Positions 59,538 through 64,000 of a stretch of DNA of 64,000 bases are shown here, piece by piece. Within the stretch, counting starts at the first letter, position 1. The number at the start of each line of letters is the position of its first letter. Origin of the DNA: Elusimicrobiota bacterium (lineage in GTDB: Bacteria; Elusimicrobiota; Elusimicrobia; UBA1565; UBA9628); NCBI GenBank assembly GCA_026388095.1, contig JAPLKL010000051.1, positions 73,713 through 137,712 on the forward strand, read 5' to 3'. A program made the position numbers and the translations under genes. The notes beneath the pieces are model-generated. The model had not been told where the DNA came from. It saw only the letters and a list, made by a program, of their open reading frames with translations, and made no database searches.

Positions 59538-60644
59538 ATGCCTAGGATACTCTTCGTCTCGACTTCGACCACCATAGGCGGGGCCGAGAAGACCCTGTTC
59601 ACCTTGGCCACCCGGCTCGACGCCGAGCGGTTCCAGGTGGCCGGCGTGGTCGGCCTCAAGGCTCCCGGCCATTACGCCCAACGCCTGGCGGCGCAGGGGG
59701 TCGCGACCCGCAGCCTGGGCCTGGTCGGCTGGCCCTCGCTGCGCGACGCCGACGCCCTGGCGCGGATCATCCGGGAGACCCGGCCCGACCTGGTGCAGGC
59801 CATCATGTACCAGGCCATCCAGCTCTGCCGCTTCGTCAAGCGGCGCGCCAAGGCGCCCTTCAAGCTGGTGAGCTCCCCGAGGGTCAACTACCGCACCCGG
59901 TCCTCCTGGTCTTTGCTCGTGGACCGCTGGCTCCGGGGCGCCGACGACCTGCTCATCGCCGAGTCCGAGGCTTCCCGCGATTTCCTCACCCGCAGGCTGG
60001 GCTACGCCGCGGACCGGGTCAAGACCGTGCACAACGGAGTCGAGCTCCCCGAGGCCCCGTCCGAGGCCGAGCGCAAGCGCGCCCGCCTGCAGCTGGGCCT
60101 GCGCGAGGACGAGACGCTCCTGCTGGCCATGGGCCGGCTCGACGATCAGAAAGGCCACGGCGTGCTCATCGACGCCGTGGCCGGGCTCAAGGACTCCCGC
60201 AAGCCGCGCTGCGCCATCATCGGCGACGGCCCGCTGCGCGACAGGCTGCTGGCCCAGGTCGAGCGCCTGGGCCTGCACCGGCTCGTGCAGCTGCCCGGCG
60301 AACGCGGCGACGTCCGCTCCTGGCTCTGCGCCAGCGACATCTTCGTGCTGCCCTCGCTTTGGGAGGGGCTGCCCAACGCCCTGCTGGAGGCCATGGCCCT
60401 GGGCCTGCCGGTGGCGGCTTCCCGCGTGGACGGGGTCCCCGAGGCGGTCACTGACGGGCAGGACGGGCTGCTGGTGGCGCCCGGCGACCCTAGGGCCTTG
60501 GCCAAGGCCCTGGTCTCGCTCATGGACGACCCGGGACTGCGCCGCCGCTTGGGCCAGGCCGCGCGGACCCGCGTGGCCGAAAGCTTCACCCTGCCCGCCA
60601 TGCTCGCCGGCTATGAGGCCGCATACCGGGATGTCCTGACCTAG
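59538..60644 (+). CDS. GT4 glycosyltransferase
   Basis: EGLPNALLEAMALGLPVAAS. Confidence 0.8.
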   Translation: MPRILFVSTSTTIGGAEKTLFTLATRLDAERFQVAGVVGLKAPGHYAQRLAAQGVATRSLGLVGWPSLRDADALARIIRETRPDLVQAIMYQAIQLCRFVKRRAKAPFKLVSSPRVNYRTRSSWSLLVDRWLRGADDLLIAESEASRDFLTRRLGYAADRVKTVHNGVELPEAPSEAERKRARLQLGLREDETLLLAMGRLDDQKGHGVLIDAVAGLKDSRKPRCAIIGDGPLRDRLLAQVERLGLHRLVQLPGERGDVRSWLCASDIFVLPSLWEGLPNALLEAMALGLPVAASRVDGVPEAVTDGQDGLLVAPGDPRALAKALVSLMDDPGLRRRLGQAARTRVAESFTLPAMLAGYEAAYRDVLT

Positions 60645-60732
60645 GATCCGCCTCGGAATCCCCCCCTAAGCACGGCGAATAGGAGTCACTCGCTTCGTTC
60701 CCAGAAGCCCAAAAAATATATACTGACGACCT

Positions 60733-62862
60733 ATGGTCGAGGTGCGGCCCAAGGCGCGTGTGCTGGCGCTGAGCTTGGCGGGCTTGGCGGTCTTCCTGGC
60801 GTGGGAGGCCTTGGCCTTGCGCTCCTATGTGCGCGTGGAGAGCCGGCCGCCGGCCTGGGACCAGGCGATCCATCTCGAGATCGCCCTGGACTATCGCAAT
60901 GCCATCCGGGCGGGCAATTGGTCCGAGGTCATCCACCTGGCCCCCAAGCCCGGGATGCCGCCTTTCCCGCCGCTCTATCAGCTCCTGCTCAAGACCGCTT
61001 ACGTCAGCTCCGACCCGGCCAATGCGTCCCTGTGGCTGAATTGGTTCTATCTCGCCATCCTTTGTGTCGCGCTGTTCGGGCTGGCTTGGCGGTTCCGCCC
61101 CGACGAGACGGCTCTGCTTTGCGTGGTGATCTTCGCCGGCTCGCCGGCGGTGCAGGACCTTCTGCATACCCAGCTCGTGGACCTGTCGCTGGTGGCCTGG
61201 GCCGCGGCGGCCTACTGGGCCTTCATGCGCAGCGAGGATTTCCAGCGCTGAGGCGGGTCCCTCGCCTTCGGGGCCCTCTTCGCCCTGGGCATGATGCACA
61301 AGTGGAGCTTCTTCAGCTATTTCCTGCCGATCTACTACCTCGCCCTCAAGGCTCTGGCCCGGCCGGAGAGCCGCCGCCAGGTCCTGGCCGCCGCCGGGGT
61401 CTCCTTGGCGATCTTCATGCCCTGGTATGCGGTCCATCTACCCATCATAATCCCGCGGCTGTTCCAGGCTTCGGCTGATTTCGCGGTCCCATTCTGGCGC
61501 GGGACCGCGGTGCTCAACTATCTTGGGCAGATGGCGGACGGCTTGGGGCCGCTGTTCCTCGTCCTCTCCTTGGTCGGGATCTGCGTCCCTCAGAAACGGC
61601 GGGACTGGGACCGCCGCTGGGTGCTGGCGGCCTGGTTCATATCGTCGTATGTATTCTGGACGATCGTGCCGAACCGGCAGCTGCGCTACCTGCTGCCCGG
61701 TCTGCCGGCCTTGGCCGTGGCGGGCATCGGCGCCTGGCCGTGGCCCAGGGCCGTGGTGTGGGGCCTGGCCGCGGTGCAGTTCTTCACCATGCTCAACTTC
61801 ACTTCCGGCTGGCTGCGGCCGATCTCCATCCCCGTGCCCATGCGCAGCGTGACGCTGTTCCCCAGCCAGCCCCCGTCGCGAGACGACTGGAAGATCGGGG
61901 AGATCCTTTCGGAAGCCGAGGCGCGCGCCGACCCGAGCCGGCCCATCGCCGATGTCACCTTGGTCGCCAACGACACCTTCTTCAATTGCGTGAACTTCAA
62001 CTGGCTGACCAAGCTCCGCGAGCTTGCGCACGTGCAGATCCGCGGGGTCAACAGCCGGCTGTGCGAATTCTCCCAGTTCCTGGTGCTCAAAGACGGCTAC
62101 CTGGGGCCCCCGAGCGTCATCGGCCCTCTGCCGAAAGCGTCCGAGACCGTCAAGGACCCCCAGGGCTGGTTCGGGCGGTTCTATGAGCCGGTCCGCCGCT
62201 GGCCGCTGCCCGACGGATCGACGGCGGTGCTCTACGAGCAGAGGCACCTGGCGCGGCCGCCCTTCCCGGGCCGGAGGTTCGTATCCCGGCACTACGCCGA
62301 CGGGGCGTTCGCGGCCGAGGACCTGGTCGTCGAGCTCGGGGCTTGGGACGCGCAGCGCGGCGTCTACCGGCGGGCCAAGGTCTCGGCCCGCGAGGTGCAC
62401 TTGCGCGGCCTGCGCCTCAACGACCTGCGCTTGGAGATGGAAGGACTGCTTTTCGTGCCCGTCTCCACAGGCAGCCTGAACGCTTTGGGGGAGCTGCGCT
62501 TCCTCAAGATGGACACCTTGCGCATCGAGAAGCTCCGAGTCGATGGCGCCGCGCTGCGGGCTTTCCTGGAGAACCGCGTCCCGGGCCTGCGCATCTCGGA
62601 GTTGGACCTGGATAAGACCCTGAAGCTGCGCGGGGCTTTCCGGGGCTTCCCGCTCTCCGCGGAAATCGCCGCGGAGATCCTCGGCTCGTCCGCCATCCAG
62701 ATCGGCCTTCGGGAGGTCCGGCTCGGAGCCGCGCCGGTGCCCGGATTCCTGCTGCGGCCTTTGCGCAGCTTCACGCAGCCTTTTGTGCCCACCCGGGATA
62801 TGCCTTTCTCCATCCGGGTCGCGGGGCTCACCGTCGCAGGCGGCTGGTTGTCGGTCCCCTGA
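60733..62862 (+). pseudogene. GT-C fold (GT39/GT83, ArnT/PMT-like) glycosyltransferase interrupted by one in-frame TGA at 61249-61251
   Basis: ORFs 60733..61251 and 61291..62862 share a frame and read ...SEDFQR*GGSLAFGALFALGMMHKW... across a hydrophobic segment; combined ~709 aa fits the GT-C family. Confidence 0.55.
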
Positions 62863-62956
62863 CAGCTTCCCTTCAGGTCACTGCGGCCGTCTATCGGCGC
62901 GGCCGTCGCTCTCGGCTCCTTATTCTCGATAGTGTTTTATCCCCCGCGAAAATGTC

Positions 62957-62985
62957 TTGACACTGTAACACGTCACAGATATACT
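62957..62985 (+). promoter_or_regulatory. consensus sigma-70 promoter TTGACA-17-TATACT
   Basis: read directly; ~35 nt upstream of GTG 63020. Confidence 0.5.
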
Positions 62986-63019
62986 CAGAACGCTCGAACG
63001 CAAGATTGGCCGATTCCGC

Positions 63020-64000
63020 GTGCCGCGTTCGGGCATCCACGCGCATGCCGAGGCGCGGGACCGGGACGACATCTTCTTGCGACTGCGACGACTGCGCCTC
63101 CTGGCCTTATGCGTATTGTTATTATCGCTCGCGCCGGCGCGCGATGCGGCATACGGCCAATTCTCCGCCCCCTGGGACCCGGATTTCTCCCAGCAGGCCA
63201 AGCCCTCGGCGCCTCCTCCGGAGGAAGCGGCTGAGGGCCGTCCGGCCTCTGCGGCGCCCGCGGCACCCGAGGCCGAAGCGGCCCCGGTCGTCGTCATCCC
63301 GGGAGCCGGGCCCTTCTTGCTCCTGGACCGGCCGGACCCCAAGCACATCCTGGAGCCGCTGGCGCCAGCGGCGGGCCAGGGCCCGCCGTCTACGGAGGGC
63401 GCCGTTGTTCCTCTCCGGCAGGGGACGGCCCATGAATTCCTTGACTTCGTGGATGGCCTCAAGCCCTTCGCCTATCGCCCGGAGCGCCTCACCCAGGCGC
63501 GCACCCGCATCGAGCAGGGTCTGGCTCCGAGCGAGCCCTCGCCGTTCCTGGGCTCGGAAGCCGAGGAGCTCGCGATCTCCACCGCGGCGTCGCTCCTGCC
63601 GCCCCCTCCGGAGCTGGAGATGCCGGCCCAGCAGATGAGCCTCTCCATCACGGGCCGCAAGATCATCGGGTTCAACTTCTCCGAAAAGCGCTACCTGCAT
63701 GACCAGAGCCAGACCGGCCGGCCCGCCAGCGCCAGCGTATGGGACATCCAGCAGCAGATGCAGCTGCGCATGCAGGGCAAGGTGGGGCCCAAGATCACCG
63801 TGAACGTGGACTACGACGACACCAAGACCAACCAGCAGGACATCTCCATCGTCTATCAGGGCGACCCCAACGAGGTGGTCCAGAACGTCTCCTTCGGCGA
63901 CATCGACCTCTCCTTGCCCCCCACGGAATTCGTCTCCTACAACAAGCAGCTCTTCGGCATCCGGGCGGATATCAAGTTCAAGGGCCTCAAAGCCTCCTTC
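63020..64000 (+). CDS. secreted protein, 3'-truncated at window end (start GTG 63020 or TTG 63077)
   Basis: open frame 2 to window end; RLRRLRLLALCVLLLSLAPA signal-like N-terminus, Pro/Ala-rich linker, then conserved-looking domain. Confidence 0.4.
   Translation, partial: MPRSGIHAHAEARDRDDIFLRLRRLRLLALCVLLLSLAPARDAAYGQFSAPWDPDFSQQAKPSAPPPEEAAEGRPASAAPAAPEAEAAPVVVIPGAGPFLLLDRPDPKHILEPLAPAAGQGPPSTEGAVVPLRQGTAHEFLDFVDGLKPFAYRPERLTQARTRIEQGLAPSEPSPFLGSEAEELAISTAASLLPPPPELEMPAQQMSLSITGRKIIGFNFSEKRYLHDQSQTGRPASASVWDIQQQMQLRMQGKVGPKITVNVDYDDTKTNQQDISIVYQGDPNEVVQNVSFGDIDLSLPPTEFVSYNKQLFGIRADIKFKGLKASF

Overview
High-GC (~65%) bacterial window that is almost entirely one very large cell-surface glycan locus (O-antigen/capsule/protein-glycan type), read from sequence alone.

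The locus is built from several co-directional operons:
(i) 69-5575 (+): FkbH-like glyceryl loader, acyl carrier protein (ACP), SDR, GNAT, PIG-L deacetylase and a glycosyltransferase.
(ii) 10420-19595 (+): KpsF-like arabinose-5-phosphate isomerase, RmlA, two tandem Wzy_C-domain membrane proteins, a Wzx flippase, an inserted DUF4143 ATPase, a GT2 and a B12-binding radical SAM enzyme.
(iii) 28635 down to 21652 (-): RmlD-like reductase, GT4, epimerase, two SAM methyltransferases and a second B12-radical SAM.
(iv) 47858 down to 35906 (-): a pseudaminic-acid-like nonulosonate pathway (PseF/PseG/PseI-like, sugar N-formyltransferase, DegT aminotransferase, WbqC, TylF-type O-methyltransferase, methyltransferase, PIG-L, a third B12-radical SAM), then GDP-fucose synthase, GT4 and GT2.
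(v) 48072-62862 (+): SGNH hydrolase, WecA-like and WbaP-like initiating phosphotransferases, a WbpM/PglF-type 4,6-dehydratase, a fourth Wzy_C protein, a double-GT4 fusion, a second DegT, GT4, and a GT-C (GT39/83-like) gene interrupted by one in-frame TGA.

Three things are embedded in the locus:
- A lower-GC islet at about 5.58-10.4 kb with a truncated tRNA-Val-like fragment, an AbiEi/AbiEii type IV toxin-antitoxin/abortive-infection pair with a textbook autoregulatory promoter-operator, and an uncharacterised SEC-C-motif plus HTH/zinc-ribbon gene pair.
- A ~1.3 kb insertion at 55476-56843, flanked by an imperfect 38-bp duplication of the upstream GT4 gene's 3' end, carrying a run of GC-rich hairpins and a small secreted-protein gene.
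- A low-GC wzy plus GT42/Cst-like (sialyltransferase-like) cassette at about 29.9-32.0 kb.

An AT-rich TGTTCAATA(N)TGAACA-type palindrome recurs in at least three promoter regions, including immediately upstream of a winged-HTH regulator gene, suggesting a locus-wide regulon.

Most novel-looking: (a) a heavily tailored nonulosonic-acid pathway combining formyl, O-methyl, radical-SAM and glyceryl-ACP chemistry; (b) the SEC-C/HTH-Zn pair sitting upstream of AbiE on the same strand.
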